This document shows positions 1 through 12,659 of a stretch of 64,000 nucleotides of DNA, piece after piece. Below the pieces are notes generated by a model. The model was not told where the DNA came from. It ran no database searches and worked only from the letters and a program-made list of their open reading frames with translations. A program made the translations under genes and the position numbers. Every line of letters begins with the position of its first letter. Position 1 is the first letter of the stretch. Origin of the DNA: Scyliorhinus canicula (Eukaryota); assembly GCF_902713615.1 (NCBI RefSeq), contig NC_052148.1:134404569-134468568 (forward strand), in the 5' to 3' direction.

Positions 1-820
1 CACACCTGACTGGACAGAATTAGCACAGGACGAATTACGGACGACTCGAGGAGGTAAGGGCCCCACTAGATTAAATAACAGGTGGAAGAACTGGGCATCT
101 GGTTAGGGGGAGGATTCTGGAGCGAGATACGACACAGGGTGAATTCCACCTCCTCGTGCACAAGGCGGAGTCTGCCAGCAGCTGAAGGGGTACATAGGAC
201 ACACCTGACCAGGACATGCATGCACGGGCTTTTCCCCAGAGGTGGAAGGATATGTGAGCGGCGCCAGGGTGATCCAGCCAACCACTCCCACATGTTCTGG
301 TCATGCACAAGGCTGGCCAGATTCTGGACCACCTTCTTCGAGGCCATGTCCGATGTCGTGGTGGTGGAGCTATGCCCATTACTGGCTGTCTTCGGGATGT
401 CAGAGCAGCCAGGATTCTTCAAAGGAAGGGGAACCAACGTCAATCCAGACCTACGCATCCCTAATTGCCCGCCAACTCCTCCTGCTAGGATGGAAATCGG
501 CAGTGCCACACAAGGCCTCGTACTGGCAGAATTCCTGCAGATCAAATACATAAAATTTGCCATCAGGGAGTCGAATGAAGAGTTCCACCTCAGGTGGAGG
601 CAGTTCATCGGCATCTTCGAAAACCTTCGGCATTCACTCACACCACAACGAAGGAAAAAAAATGTTTGCACTACACCCGTGGTATGGGTGCTTAGAAGCA
701 GTATAGTAACACTGCCCTGTGAATTGTTCAATTCTATCTTGAATACTCTAAGTTGCAAACATCCATTTCTTCATGTTATAGATTTTGATTATATTTTTTG
801 TTTATTATACATGAAACACT
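1..820 (+). mobile_element. L1/Tx1-like LINE, ORF2 C-terminal remnant and 3' UTR
   Basis: ORF 82..942 contains RVNSTSSC...HRTHLT...CER...ANHSHMFWSC (Cys-rich C-terminus of fish-type L1 ORF2). Homologous text occurs at 11840-12090, 27018-27527 and 41360-41860. Confidence 0.8.
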
Positions 821-825
821 TCTAT

Positions 826-938
826 GGGCAGCATGGTGGCACAGTGGTTAGCGCTGCTGCCTCACGTCACTTAGGACTCGGGTTCGATCATGGCCCCGGG
901 TCACTATCCATATGGAGTTTGAACATTCTCCCAGTGTC
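826..938 (+). mobile_element. tRNA-derived V-SINE (HE1-like), 5' part only, cut by the adjacent CR1
   Basis: gggcagcatggtggcacagtggttagc (A-box), ggttcgatc (B-box) and the start of the V-core. Confidence 0.85.
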
Positions 939-1705
939 ATAGAACATAGAAAATTATAGCACAGAACAGGCCCTTTGGCCCACGATGTTGTGCCAAACCT
1001 TTGTCCTAGATTAAGAACAAATTAATCGACACCCTATCATTCTACAGTAATCCATGTACCTATCCAATAGCCGCTTGAAGGTCCCTAATGTTTCCAACTC
1101 AACTACTTCCACAGGCAGTGCATTCCATGCCCCCACTACTCCCTGGGTAAAGAGCCTACCTCTGACATCTCCCCTATATCTTCCACCATTCACCTTAAAT
1201 TTATGTCCCCTTGTAATGGTTTGTTCCACCCGGGGAAAAAGTCTCTGACTATCTATTCTATCTATTCCCCTGATCATCTTATAAACCTCTATCAAGTCGC
1301 CCCTCATCCTTCTCCGTTCTAATGAGAAAAGGCCTAGCACCCTCAACCTTTCCTCATAAGACCTACTCTCCATTCCAGGCAACATCCTGGTAAATCTCCT
1401 TTGCACCTTTTCCAAAGCTTCCACATCCTTCCTAAAATGAGGTGACCAGAACTGCACACAGTACTCCAAATGTGGCCTTACCAAGGTTTTGTACAGCTGC
1501 ATCATCACCTCACGGCTCTTAAATTCAATCCCTCTGCTGATGAACGCTAGCACATAGGCCTTCACAGCTCTATCCACTTGAGTGACAACTTTCAAAGATC
1601 TATTAACATAGACCCCAAGATCTCTCTGCTCCTCCACATTGCCAAGAACACTACCATTAACCCTCTATTCCGCATTCATATTTGTCCTTCCAAAATGGAC
1701 AACCT

Positions 1706-2031
1706 CACGGTAGCATGGTGGTTAGCATCAATGCGTCACAGCTCCAGAGTCCCAGGTTCGATTCCCGGCTGGGTCACTGTCTGTGTGGAGTCTGCACGTC
1801 CTCCCAGTGTGTGCGTGGGTTTCCTCCGGGTGCTCCGGTTTCCTCCCACAGTCCAAAGATGTGCGGGTTAGGTGGATTGGCCATGCTAAATTGCCCGTAC
1901 TGTAAGGTTAATGGGGGGATTGTTGGGTTACGGGTATACGGGTTACGTGGGTTTAAGGAGGGTGATCATTACTCGGCACAACATCGAGGGCCGAAGGGCC
2001 TGTTCTGTGCTGTACTGTTCTATGTTCTATG
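1706..2031 (+). mobile_element. V-SINE with CR1-type tail, inserted in the CR1
   Basis: A/B boxes, V-core, and tail ggcacaacatcgagggccgaagggcctgttctgtgctgtactgttctatgttctat matching the CR1 3' end at 939-1000. Confidence 0.93.
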
Positions 2032-3039
2032 TGCTCACACATTTCAGGGTTAAACTCCATCTGCCACTTCTCAGCCCAGCTCTGCATCCTATCTATGTCT
2101 CTTTGAAGCTGACAACAGCCATCCTCACTATCCACAACTCCACCAATCTTCGTATCATCTGCAAATTTACTGACCCATCCTTCAACTCCCTCATCCAAGT
2201 CGTTAATGAAAATCACAAACAGCAGAGGACCCAGAACTGATCCCTGTGGTACGCCACTGGTAACTGGGTTCCAGGCTGAATATTTGCCATCCACCACCAC
2301 TCTCTGTCTTCTATCGGTTAGCCAGTTTGTTATCCAACTGGCCAAATTTCCCACGATCCCATGCCTCCTTACTTTCTGCATAAGCCTACCATGGGGAATC
2401 TTTTCAAATGCCTTACTAAAATCCATGTACACGACATCCACATGCTTGGTCACCTCCTCAAATAATTCAATAAGACTTGTGAGGCAAGACCTACCCCTCA
2501 CAAATCCGTGCTGACTATCCCTAATCAAGCAGTGTCTTTCCAGATGCTCAGAAATCCTATCCCTCAGTGCCCTTTCCATTACTTTGCCTACCACCGAAGT
2601 AAGACTAACTGGCCTGTAATTCCGAGGGTTATCCCTATTCCCTTTTTTGAACAGGGGCACGACATTCGCCACTCTCCAATCCCCTGGTACCACCCCTGTT
2701 GACAGTGAGGACGAAAAGATCATTGCCAACGGCTCTGCAATTTCATCTCTTGCTTCCCATAGAATACTTGCATCTATCCTGTCAGGCCCGGGGGACTTGT
2801 CTATCCTCAAGTTTTTCAAAATGCCCAACACATCTTCCTTCCTAACAAGTATCTCCTCGAGCTTACCAGTCTGTTTCACACTGCCCTCTCCAACAATATG
2901 GCCCCTCTCACTCGTAAATACTGAAGAAAAGTACTCACTCAAGACCTCTCCCATCTCTTCAGACTCTATACACAATCTACCGCTACTGTCCTTGATCGGA
3001 CCTACCCTCGCTCTAGTCATTCTCATATTTCTCACATGT

Positions 3040-3373
3040 GGGCAGCACGGTAGCATGGTGGTTAGCATAAATGCTTCACAGCTCCAGGGTCCCAGGTTCG
3101 ATTCCCGGCTGGGTCACTGTCTGTGCGGAGTCTGCATGTCCTCCCCGTGTGTGCGTGGGTTTCCTCCGGGTGCTCCGGTTTTCTCCCACAGTCCAAAGAT
3201 GTGCGGGTTAGGTGGATTGGCCATGCTAAATTGCCCGTAGTGTCCTAAAAAGTAAGGTTAAGGGGGGGGTTGGGTTACGGGTATAGGGTGGATACGTGGG
3301 TTTGAGTAGGGTGATCATTGCTCGGCACAACATAGAGGGCCGAAGGGCCTGTTCTGTGCTGTACTGTTCTATG
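3040..3373 (+). mobile_element. V-SINE with CR1-type tail, inserted in the CR1
   Basis: Near-identical to 1706-2031; short atgtg duplication/microhomology at the ends. Confidence 0.93.
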
Positions 3374-3606
3374 TGTAAAAGGCCTTGGGGTTTTCCTTGA
3401 TCCTACCCGGCAAAGATTTTTCATGCCCTCTCTTTCCTCTCCTAGTTCCTTTCTTCAGTTCCCTCCTGGCTATCTTGTATCCCTCCAGCGCTCTGTCTGA
3501 ATCTTGTTTCCTCAGCCTTACAGAAGTCTCCTTCCTTCTCTTAACAAGACATTCAACCTCTCTTGTCAACCAGGGTTCTCTTCCCTGCCTGGCAGGGACA
3601 TCATAT

Positions 3607-3953
3607 GTCTGCGTGGGTCTCACCCCCACAACCCAAAGATGTGGCTAGGTGGACTGGCCACGCTAAATAGCCCCTTAATTGGAAAAAACATTTTCAAAAA
3701 TGTTTTTAAAATAAAATAAATGGAGGGCAGCACGGTGGCGCAGTGGGTTAGCCCTATTGCGTCACGGCGCCGAGGTCCCAGTTTCGAATCCCGGCTCTGG
3801 GTCACTGTCAGTGCGGAGTTTGCACATTCTCCCCGTGTTTGCGAGAGTTTCACCCCCACAACCCAAAGATGTGCAGGGTAGGTGGATTGGCGACGCTAAA
3901 TTGCCCCTTAATTGGAAAAAATAAATTGGGTACTCTAAATTAAAAAAATAAAA
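3607..3953 (+). mobile_element. Two tandem short-tailed V-SINE copies (first 5'-truncated)
   Basis: Core ends aaattgccccttaattggaaaaa. The second copy (from about 3725) is flanked by the direct repeat aaaataaatgga. Confidence 0.88.
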
Positions 3954-4029
3954 AAAATAAATGGAATATATTCAGAACAGATCTCGAAGCTCAATTAGTT
4001 GGGGGGGGACGGGGGGGGGGGACAAAACT

Positions 4030-5370
4030 GAAGTATTTGCCACCACATTCAGTCAGAAGTGCCAAGTGGATAATCCATCCTAGCCTCCTCGAGGTGCGCA
4101 ACATTACAACTACAAAACTGGAAGCTGCCCACAGAAATTGTCAGATATGCCCTGTCCACAAAAAGGTCAAGTCAAATCAGGCCAATTACCACCCTTTCAG
4201 TCTTTCTGATCCATCAACAAGTGGTGGAGTCAGCAAGAGTGCTACAAAACGGCCAATCCTGGCCAACAAACTGTTCACTGATGTAGTTTGAATTTTGCTA
4301 TAGCAACCCAGCCAGAGTCAAATAAAGTACAAAAGAGCAGAATGCCAGGGGTGAGGTGAATGCTCTTTCCATCAAGTTAGCATTTGGCCCAGTGTGGCCG
4401 AGCCCGAGTAAAATTGAAATAAATTAGAATTAGCAGGGAATAACCGTTCACTGACTGGAGTCATAACTAGCCCAGAGGAAGATGGCTGTGTTTTTTGGAG
4501 GCCAATCACCTCAGCCCTAGGTCACTGCTGCAGGAGTTCCTAGGCCTGTGTCCTTGATCCAACCATCTCCAGCTATTTCATCAATGACCTTCCCTCGATC
4601 ACAAGTCAGAAGTAGGGATGTTCACTGATGCACTATTCAGTAACATACGCTACTCCTCAAATAATGAAGAAATTTGTGCCCCCAATTTTTTTAATATAGA
4701 AATTTAGAGTACCCAATTATTTTTTCCAAATAAGGGGCAATTTAGCATGGCCAATCCACCTCGCCTGCACATCTTTTTAGGTTGTGGGAGTGAAACCCAC
4801 GCAGACATGGAGAGAATGTACAAACTCCACACAGACAGTGACCTGGGCCGGAGTCGAACCCGGGTCTTTAGCACTGTGAGGCAACAGTCCCAACCACTGC
4901 GCCACCGTCGCCACCCTGCATTTGTGCTCAAAGTCTAACCACCTCCTCTTGACAATCAATGGGATTACCATCATCAAATCCCCCAACAACATCCTGAGAG
5001 TCACCGGAGACCAGAAACCTAATTAGTCCAATCACATAAATGTTGTGGCTACAAGAACAGGTCAGAGGCTGGGTATTCTGTGCTGAGTGACTCACCATCT
5101 GACTCCCCAAAAGCCTTTCCACCATTTACAAGATACAATCAGTATTATGGTGGGATGGAATACTCTCCATTCATCGAGATGAGTACAGCTCTAATACTCA
5201 AGCATCTCATCATCCTCCAGAACAAAGCAGCTCACTTTACTGGCACACCAATCACAACCATAAGCACTCACTACCTCCATCATAGGTGCGCCATGGCAGT
5301 AGCATGTACCATCTACACGTTGCACTTCCGCAACTCGCCAAGATTCCTTTGATAGAACCTTCCAATCTTA
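4030..5370 (+). mobile_element. Degenerate CR1-Zenon-like LINE RT/C-terminal fragment, interrupted by a minus-strand V-SINE (about 4685-4916)
   Basis: Frameshifted motifs CPVHKK..NQANYHP, AGVP, FINDLPS, MFTD, MEYSP, LHHR; same family as 8692-12425. The clade name is tentative. Confidence 0.75.
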
Positions 5371-5621
5371 AGTCAGATCCAAAAGTTCATGATAATATTA
5401 AATCTTTATAGCATTCAATCATACCTATGAACTACAACTTGCACTCTGTTGCACCAGCACGTTATGTTCATTTTCAACATTACCTGATGTTGTGCCAGGA
5501 GTCTGGTTGTAATCTCGAATTGATGTGTACCAAACTATGGGCAGTTAGGGAACTAATTTGAGACAGCTATTATTAATTTCATGCATCTATACAACTGGTT
5601 AAGAAAAAGTTCTCATCTCAG

Positions 5622-7490
5622 GTTTTTTTATAAACATTTTATTAAATAATTTATGGTTTATAACAATAAATACAAATGTAAACATAGTTCAGTGCGTAAC
5701 CCATCATTCAACCTCCCACTCTTCCCGCCTACTCTAAACACAAAATAGCCTAACTAGCCTCTCCTCTCTCTCTCTTCTCTTCTCTTCTCTTCCCCCCCCC
5801 CCCCCCCATCTCCCCTTATTGAATCTGCTGACAGTTTAGTTTTCTCCAAGGAAGTCGATAAACGGCTGCCACCTCCGGACAAACCCTAACATTGATCTTC
5901 TCAGGGCGACCTTAATTTTCTCAAGCCTAAGAAACCCAGCCATGCCACTAACCCAAACCCCTGATTTTGGGGGCTTCGAGTCTCTCCACGCTGGCAATAT
6001 CCGTCTCCGGGCTACCAAGGAGGCAAAGGCCAAAATGTCAGCGCCTCTCGGCCTCTGGACTCCCGGACCTTCCAAACATCGCCACCTCTGGACTCGGCGC
6101 CACTCTCGTTTTTAGCACCGTGGACATGACATCCGCAAATCCCTGCTAGTATCCCCCAAGCTTCGGGCATGCCCACAACAAGTGGTCATGGCTTGGGGGC
6201 CCTCCCGCTCACCTCACACACCTGTCCTCCACCCCAAAGAACGTGTCCACCCGGGCCACTGTCATGTGTGCCGTGAGCCACCTGGAATTGTATCAAGATG
6301 AGGACACGTTGTCTCTGCTCAGAGCATCCTCCCACAGACCCACCTCTACCTCTCCTCCGAACTCATGTTCCCATTTACGCTCACGCTCACCCATCTGGGT
6401 TTCCTCACACTTGATAAGTTCTTTATAGATTTCCGTACCTTCCCCTGCCCCATCCTAGAAACTAACCCTGTCCTGTATCCCCTGTGGCGGTAGGAGCGGA
6501 AAGGTCGAAACCTGCCTTCGCACAAAATTCTCTATCTGCAGATATCGGAACCCATTCCCTCCCGGCAATTCAAACTCCTCCTCCAAATCCTCCAAACATG
6601 GAAAGCTCCTATCGATAAATGGATCCCCAGCCTCTCATCCCTGCTCTCCGAAACCCCCCATCCAGCCTCACCGGGACAAACCAGTGGTTGCCACAGATTG
6701 GAGCCCACACCGACGCGCCCTCCACTCCAATCTGCTTCCGCCACTGCCCCCAAACTCTGAGCCACCACTACCACGCGGCTTGTGGAGTACCGGGCCAGCG
6801 AGAACGGCAGAGGAGCAGTTACCAATGCCCCCAAACTAGTGCCTTTACATGAGGCCGCCTCTACCCGCTCCCACAACAACCTCGCCCCCACTACCCACTC
6901 ATGGTATATTTGCCGCCCAGTAATAGTTTTTAAAGTTCGGCAGTGTCAGCCCACCTACCCCTCGACTCCGCTCTCACTTTCTATACTCGCGGGGTTTTAC
7001 CCGCCCACACAAAACCAGAGATTACCCTATTCACCCGCTTAAAAAAGGTCTTTGAGGGCAGCACAGTGGCGCAGTGGTAGCACTGCAGTCTCACGGCACT
7101 GAGATTCCAGGTTCGATCCCAGCTCTGGGTCACTGTCCGTGTGGAGATTGCACATTCTCCCCGTGTTTACATGGGTTTCGCCCCCACAACCCAAAGATTT
7201 GCAAGGTAGGTGGATTGAGCACGCTAAATTGCCCCTTAATTGGAAAAAAATAATTGGGTACTCTAAATGTTTTTAGAAAGGCCTTTGGTATAAAAATAGG
7301 GAGGCACTGGAAAACAAACAGAAATCTCGGGAAGACCGTCATTTTTATGGTCTGTGCCCTCCCCGCCAGTGACAGCAGGAGCATGTCCCACCTCCAAAAG
7401 TCCTCCCTCATTTGTTCAACTAACCGGGTCAAGTTTAATTCATGAAACTGCTGCCATCCCCGTGCCACCTGAATTCCCAAGTAAAGAAAA
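5622..7490 (-). mobile_element. L1/Tx1-like LINE 3' portion, interrupted by a V-SINE (7056-7275)
   Basis: Minus-strand ORFs include FLYLGIQV...LSLAGRAQTIKMTVFPRFLFVFQCLPIFIP and AFASLVARRRIL...WQPFIDFLGE. The poly-A-like end appears as a T-run near 5622. Confidence 0.88.
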
Positions 7491-7599
7491 CTCTCTCTCC
7501 TCCCTCCCTCTCCCTCTCCCCCTCCCTCTCCCCCTCCCTCCCTCTCCCCCTCCCCCTCCCTCCCACCTCCCCTCCCACCTCCCCTCCCACCCCCCTCCC

Positions 7600-8115
7600 C
7601 TTTATCAAATAGCTGTAGTGGGTGTACCTTTAAGAAATGGGTGTTTATCAAATAGCTGCAGTGATGTCAGAGTGTGGGTGGAGCTGGGTTTTGGTCTGTG
7701 GCTTTTTACTTTCGCTTTGAGCAAAAAGCTGGTGTGTGTCTGTGTTTTACTTTCATTTTCAGAGTTGGAACTGCATCCAACCAAACAAGGCTCTCTTTGT
7801 TAAAGAGGGTAATTTTCATATTGGGGTTGGTAGGAAAGATTAAGAGTCACTTATAGAGTACTGTATTTTGGGGGAGGGGGGGGGGGGAAAGAGTATTTGA
7901 GTTGATAGTTGCTAAGATGTTTACTGTGTGTTTATAAAATGTTATCTGGATTCATAGAATAAACATTGTTTTGTTTTAAAAGTACTTTAGATCTCTGTTG
8001 CATCACACCTGTAGAGTGGACCCTTGTGCTCCCCATAACCAAAATCTATTAAAAGTTGTGGGTCAGACGAACTCCATGATACACTTTGGTGTTCTCGAAA
8101 CCTTGGCCCATAACA
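7600..8115 (+). mobile_element. Probable LTR remnant (solo LTR, 5' end obscured by a (CT)-rich tract)
   Basis: Non-coding, with AATAAA at about 7958 followed by a U5-like tract ending ...cccataaca. No TSD or 5' TG was identified. Confidence 0.5.
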
Positions 8116-8129
8116 TGAGTAAATTAGGC

Positions 8130-8590
8130 CTTTAGTCTCTGCAGTGAAGTCTATAAAAATAAGAGGCAATCTCATTTGAAACATAGAAGATTCTGAAGGG
8201 GTTTCAGAGGGTAGATGCTGAGAGATTGTTTTCACGTGCTGGGGAATCTAAAATAAGTGGGTGGGGGGGGGGGGGGGGGGGAGAAGAGAGAGAAGAGTCT
8301 CAGGATAAGGAGATGATCAGTTAGGACTGAGATGGGGAGAAATTACTTCACCCAAAGGGTTGTGAGAATCTTTGGAATTCTACAGCCCAGAGTGTTGTGA
8401 ACAGTGCCTTTCAAACAGTGCTTCAAAATTAAATACATTTAAGGCTCAGAAGGACAGATTTTTGGTCTTTCGTGTAATCAATGGATATGGGAAGCTGGCA
8501 GGAAAGTGCAGTTGAAGCCGGAGATCATATTGAATGGCGGAGCAGGCTCCAACAGGCTGTATGGTCTACTGCTGCTCCATTTCTTGTGTT
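8130..8590 (+). mobile_element. CR1 LINE 3' fragment
   Basis: RGNLI/FFTQRVV-like relics and the CR1 3' UTR gaatggcggagcaggc...ctactgctgctcc. Confidence 0.8.
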
Positions 8591-9264
8591 CAATTGACCA
8601 GTCTGCAGTTACTAGGAACAAACTTGTACCCTTTCTTGAATAAGGGCATCATGTTTGCTTCTCTTTTAGGGTCCTTTTAATCTTAATTATAGGGGATGGT
8701 GGTGGCGTAGTGGTGTCACCGGACTAGTAATGCAGAAGCCCAGGCAAATGCTCTGGTGATACGGGTTCAAATGCCACCACGCTAGTTGATGGAATTTCAA
8801 TTCAGTTAATAAATCGGCAATTAAAAAGTAGTCTCAGCAACAGTGACCATGAAACCACTGTTGATTATCAGAAAAACCCATATGGTCCATTAATGTTCTT
8901 TAGGGAAGGAAATGTGCCGTCTTTATCTGGTCTGACCTACATGTGACACCAGACCCACAGCAATGTGGTTGATTCTTAAATGCCCTCTGAAATGGCCTAG
9001 CAAGCCACACAGTTGTATCAAGCCACTACGAAGTCTACAAGCGGAAATGTAACAGTAGATCACCCAGCATTGAGCTATGCACAGGAAACAACAATGGAAA
9101 ATCAAGCCCAGTTCACCCTGCAAAATCCTCCTTGCAAACATCTGGAGATGCCAAAATTCGGGCAGCTATTCGACAGATTGGTACTGCAGCAGCGTGACAG
9201 TCATACTCATAAAACCATACCTTACAGATAATGTCCCAGACACCGCCATCATTATCCCTGGATA

Positions 9265-9751
9265 GGGCAGCATGGTGGTGCAGTGGGTTAGCACTGCGGC
9301 CTCACAGCGCCGAGATCCCAGGTTCGATCCTGGCTCTGTCTCACTGTCCGTGTGGAGTTTGCACGTTCTCCGCATGTTTGCATGGGTTTTGCCCCTGCAA
9401 CCCAAAAACTTTTATTTATTTTTTTATAAATTTAGAGTACCCAATTCATTTTTTTTTTTTCAATTAAGGGGCAATTTAGCGTGGCCAATCCACCTAGTCT
9501 GCACATCTTTGGGTTGTGGGGGCGAAACCCACACAAACACGGGGAGAATGTGCAAACTCCACACGGACAGTGACCCAGAGCCAGGATCAAACCTGGGATC
9601 TTGGTGCCGTGAGGCATCAGGGCTAACCCACTATGTCACAGTGCTGCCCCCACAACCCAAAGATGTACATGCTAGGTGGATTGGCCATGCTAAATTGCCC
9701 CTTAATTGGAAAAAATGAATTGGATACTCTAAATTTTAAAATATAATAATA
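9265..9751 (+). mobile_element. Short-tailed V-SINE containing an inverted copy of the same family (about 9410-9649, minus)
   Basis: Outer TSD attatccctggata (9251-9264 and 9752-9765). The host SINE resumes at a duplicated caacccaaa. Confidence 0.92.
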
Positions 9752-11164
9752 ATTATCCCTGGATATGTCCTGTCCCATAAACAGAATAGACCCACAAGTG
9801 GTGGCAACACAGTGGCACACGCTCGGGAGTAAGTTTCCCCGCGGATTTTCAACATCAACTCTGGACCCCATGAAATCTCATTGCATCAGGTCAAACATGA
9901 GCAAGGAAAGCCCATGCTGATTACTACCTATTGGTCCCACCTCAGCTGATGCATCCATGCTCCTCCATGTTAAACATCACTGGAGGAAGCACTAAGTGTG
10001 GTTGGGTACAGAATGTACTCTGGGTGAGGGGCTTCAACGTCCATCACAAAGACTGGCTCAGAGGCACCACAACTGACCGAGTTGGTTAAGTCCTAAAGGA
10101 CCTAGCTGCCAGACTGGGTCTGCAGCAGCTAGCAAGGGAACCAACAAGAGGGAAATACCTACTTGACCTAATCCTTGCCAACCTATTTTTCGCAGATGTA
10201 TCTGACCATGACGGTATTGGTAGGGATGTGACCAATGCACAGTCCTTGTGGAGCTAAAGTTTCGTCTTCACATTGAGTGTTGTGTGGCACTGCTACTATG
10301 TTAATTGGGATAGATTACCAACAGATCTAGCTACTCAAAACTCGGCCCACAGCACACCTCGATGCCATCAGAGGCAGCAAATGTGTACTCAACTGCCATA
10401 CAGGATCCATCCTGGTTCAAACAAAGTCCAGGTGCAGCATCAGACAGATCTAATGATCTAGATATGAATCTAGAAAAATAAACCTGTTAAAGCTACAACA
10501 CAGGACTAGCTACAAGCCAAACAGCAGCAGTGGCATGCAATAGACAGAGAGGTAAGCAATCTCACAACCAACAGTCAGATCCAAGCTGTCCTGCCACATC
10601 CAGTCGTGAATTAAACAACTCACTAAAGGAGTAGTCTCCAGGGAGAGGCCCAGCATATCAATGCAAAAGAGCAGGCTGAAGCTTTTGCAACCATCTTCAG
10701 CCAGAAGTGCTGAATGGATGGTCCATCTTTGCCTTCTCCTGGGTCCCCAGCATCAAAGATGCCAGCCTTCAGCTAATGCAATTCACTCCACGTGATATCA
10801 AGAAATGACTGATGGCACTGGGGACTGCAGAGGCTATGAGCCCTGACAACATTTCAGCAATAGCACTGAGGACTTGTGCAGTGCCCTTAGCCAAACTGTT
10901 CCAGTACAATTACAGCATTGGCATGGCAGTGCAGGCATGTCCTGTACACATAAAGCTAAACAAATCCAGCCTGGCCAAATACACCTGACATGTCTACTCT
11001 TGATCATCAGCAAAATGAGGGAAGAAATCATCGGCAGTGCTATCAAGCAGCACTTTCAACAATAATCTGTTCACTGGTGCTCAATTTAGAATCCGCCAGT
11101 GTCACACTGTTCCTGACTTCATTACAGGCTTGGTTCAAGCATGAAAAAAAAGCTGAAGTCCAGA

Positions 11165-11418
11165 GGTACGATAGCACAGTGCACTGTTGCTTCACAGTGC
11201 CAGATACCTTGGGTCACATTCTGTGCGGAGTCTGCACATTCTCCCTGTATCTGCATGGGTTTCCTCCCATAAGTTCCGAAAGACATGCTTTTTAGGTGAA
11301 TTGGACATTCTGAAATCTCCCTCAGTGTACCCGAACAGGCAGCGTAGTGTAGCGACTAGGGAATTTTCACATTGCAGTGTTAATGTAAGCCTACTTGTGA
11401 CACTAATAAAGATTATTA
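11165..11418 (+). mobile_element. V-SINE with (ATT)n-type tail (type C)
   Basis: V-core followed by tail ccgaacaggc...gactaggg...gcctacttgtgacactaataaagattatt. Confidence 0.8.
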
Positions 11419-12090
11419 AGAAGGCCTCAGTTTGGACCCCGATACGGGGCAACCACCGGTTTTCACCAGGGACAATAGATAGTGGGTTTTTGAGTTGGCA
11501 TAGGACAGGCATCAGGCGGATGGGGGACCTTTTCCTCGACGGGAAGTTTGCGACCTTAGAGAAGTTGGAGGGGAAGTGGGGTCTCCCCCGGGAATACTTT
11601 CAGGTATATGCAGATTAGGGCATTTGTTAAGCGGCAGGTGGCGGAGTTTCCACTATTGCCGCCAAGGGGGGTGCAGGATAGGGTGCTCTCGGGGACGTGG
11701 GTTGGTGAGGATAGGATCTTGGCAATTTATCAGGTGATGCAGGAGGGGGAGGAGGACTCGGTGGAGGAGCTGAAAGGGGTAGGAGGAGGAGCTAGGGGAG
11801 GAGATCGACGAGGGGACGTGGGCGGACGCCCTGGGGAGGGTGAATTCGTCCTCTTCTTGCGCACGGCTCAGCTTAATTCAGCTGAAGGTGCTGCATAGGG
11901 CACACATGACTGGGGCCAGGCTGAGCCGGTTCTTTGGGGGTGAGGACAGGTGTGGGAGGTGTTCGGGAGGCCCGGCGAATCACACCCACATGTTCTGGGC
12001 GTGTCCAGCGTTGGAGGGGTTTTGGAAGGGGGTGGCGGGGACCTTGTCCAAGGTGGTCGGTTCCAGGGTGGAACCGGGCTGGGGGCTCGC
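11419..12090 (+). mobile_element. L1/Tx1-like ORF2 fragment
   Basis: CARLSLIQLKVLHRAHMT...CGRC..GPANHTHMFWAC in ORF 11840..12394; CpG-rich. Confidence 0.88.
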
Positions 12091-12659
12091 TATCTCCAAA
12101 ATGCACTGTAGGAGCTCATCAAAGCATCTTCCAAATCTGCAAATCTACCACATGGAAGAGCAAGGGCAGGAGATGCATGGGAATAGCACCATCTGGAAGT
12201 TCCCCTCCAAGCCACGCACCATCCCAGCTTGGAACTATATCACCATTCTTTCACTAGGTAAATATCCTGGAACTTCCTCCCCAACAGCACTGTTGGTGTA
12301 CATACTCCACATGGAATGCAGCAGTTCAAGAAGTCAATACACCACCACCTTCTCAGGGGCAATTAGGAATGGGCAACAAAAATTGCTGACCTAGCTGGTG
12401 ACACCAATGTCCCTTAAAGAATGTAAAATATAAAAACTGCCATTGTTTTATTCTGTTTTTCATTCATCAGTCTTATTTTCATCGTTACTTCCCAATTCAA
12501 CCTATTGCACTTGGCCTGATTCTCACTTGAAGAATTAAGATGAAAACACATTTGGATTCTCAGTTCACTCAAATTTGCTCGTACCTACTAAAAGAGAGCA
12601 TAGGGGAAAGAAAATGTTCATGCCAGCTGGCTCCTGTAGGAACTATGTGGTGTTCCTTT

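Larger units (their letters stand above)
939..3600 (-). mobile_element. Young CR1 LINE (HER1-like), 5'-truncated ORF2 RT region, split by two SINE insertions
   Basis: ORFs 1953..3068 ([44 protein letters not shown]) and 1011..1637 (LVRPHLEYCVQFWSPH...RRMRGDLIEVYK). The 3' end has (ttctatg)n. Confidence 0.95.
8692..12425 (+). mobile_element. CR1-Zenon-like LINE with tRNA-like 5' head, APE endonuclease and part of RT, plus 3' tail; carries nested SINE and L1 insertions
   Basis: A-box tggcgtagtgg 8703-8713 and B-box ggttcaaatgc 8764-8774. APE relics (IPGYVL..DRPT.GG, GFNVHH, LDLIL, DH-like) start at about 9130; RT N-terminal relics at 10790-11165; 3' tail ccaccttctcaggggcaattagg at 12345-12425. 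Confidence 0.82.
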
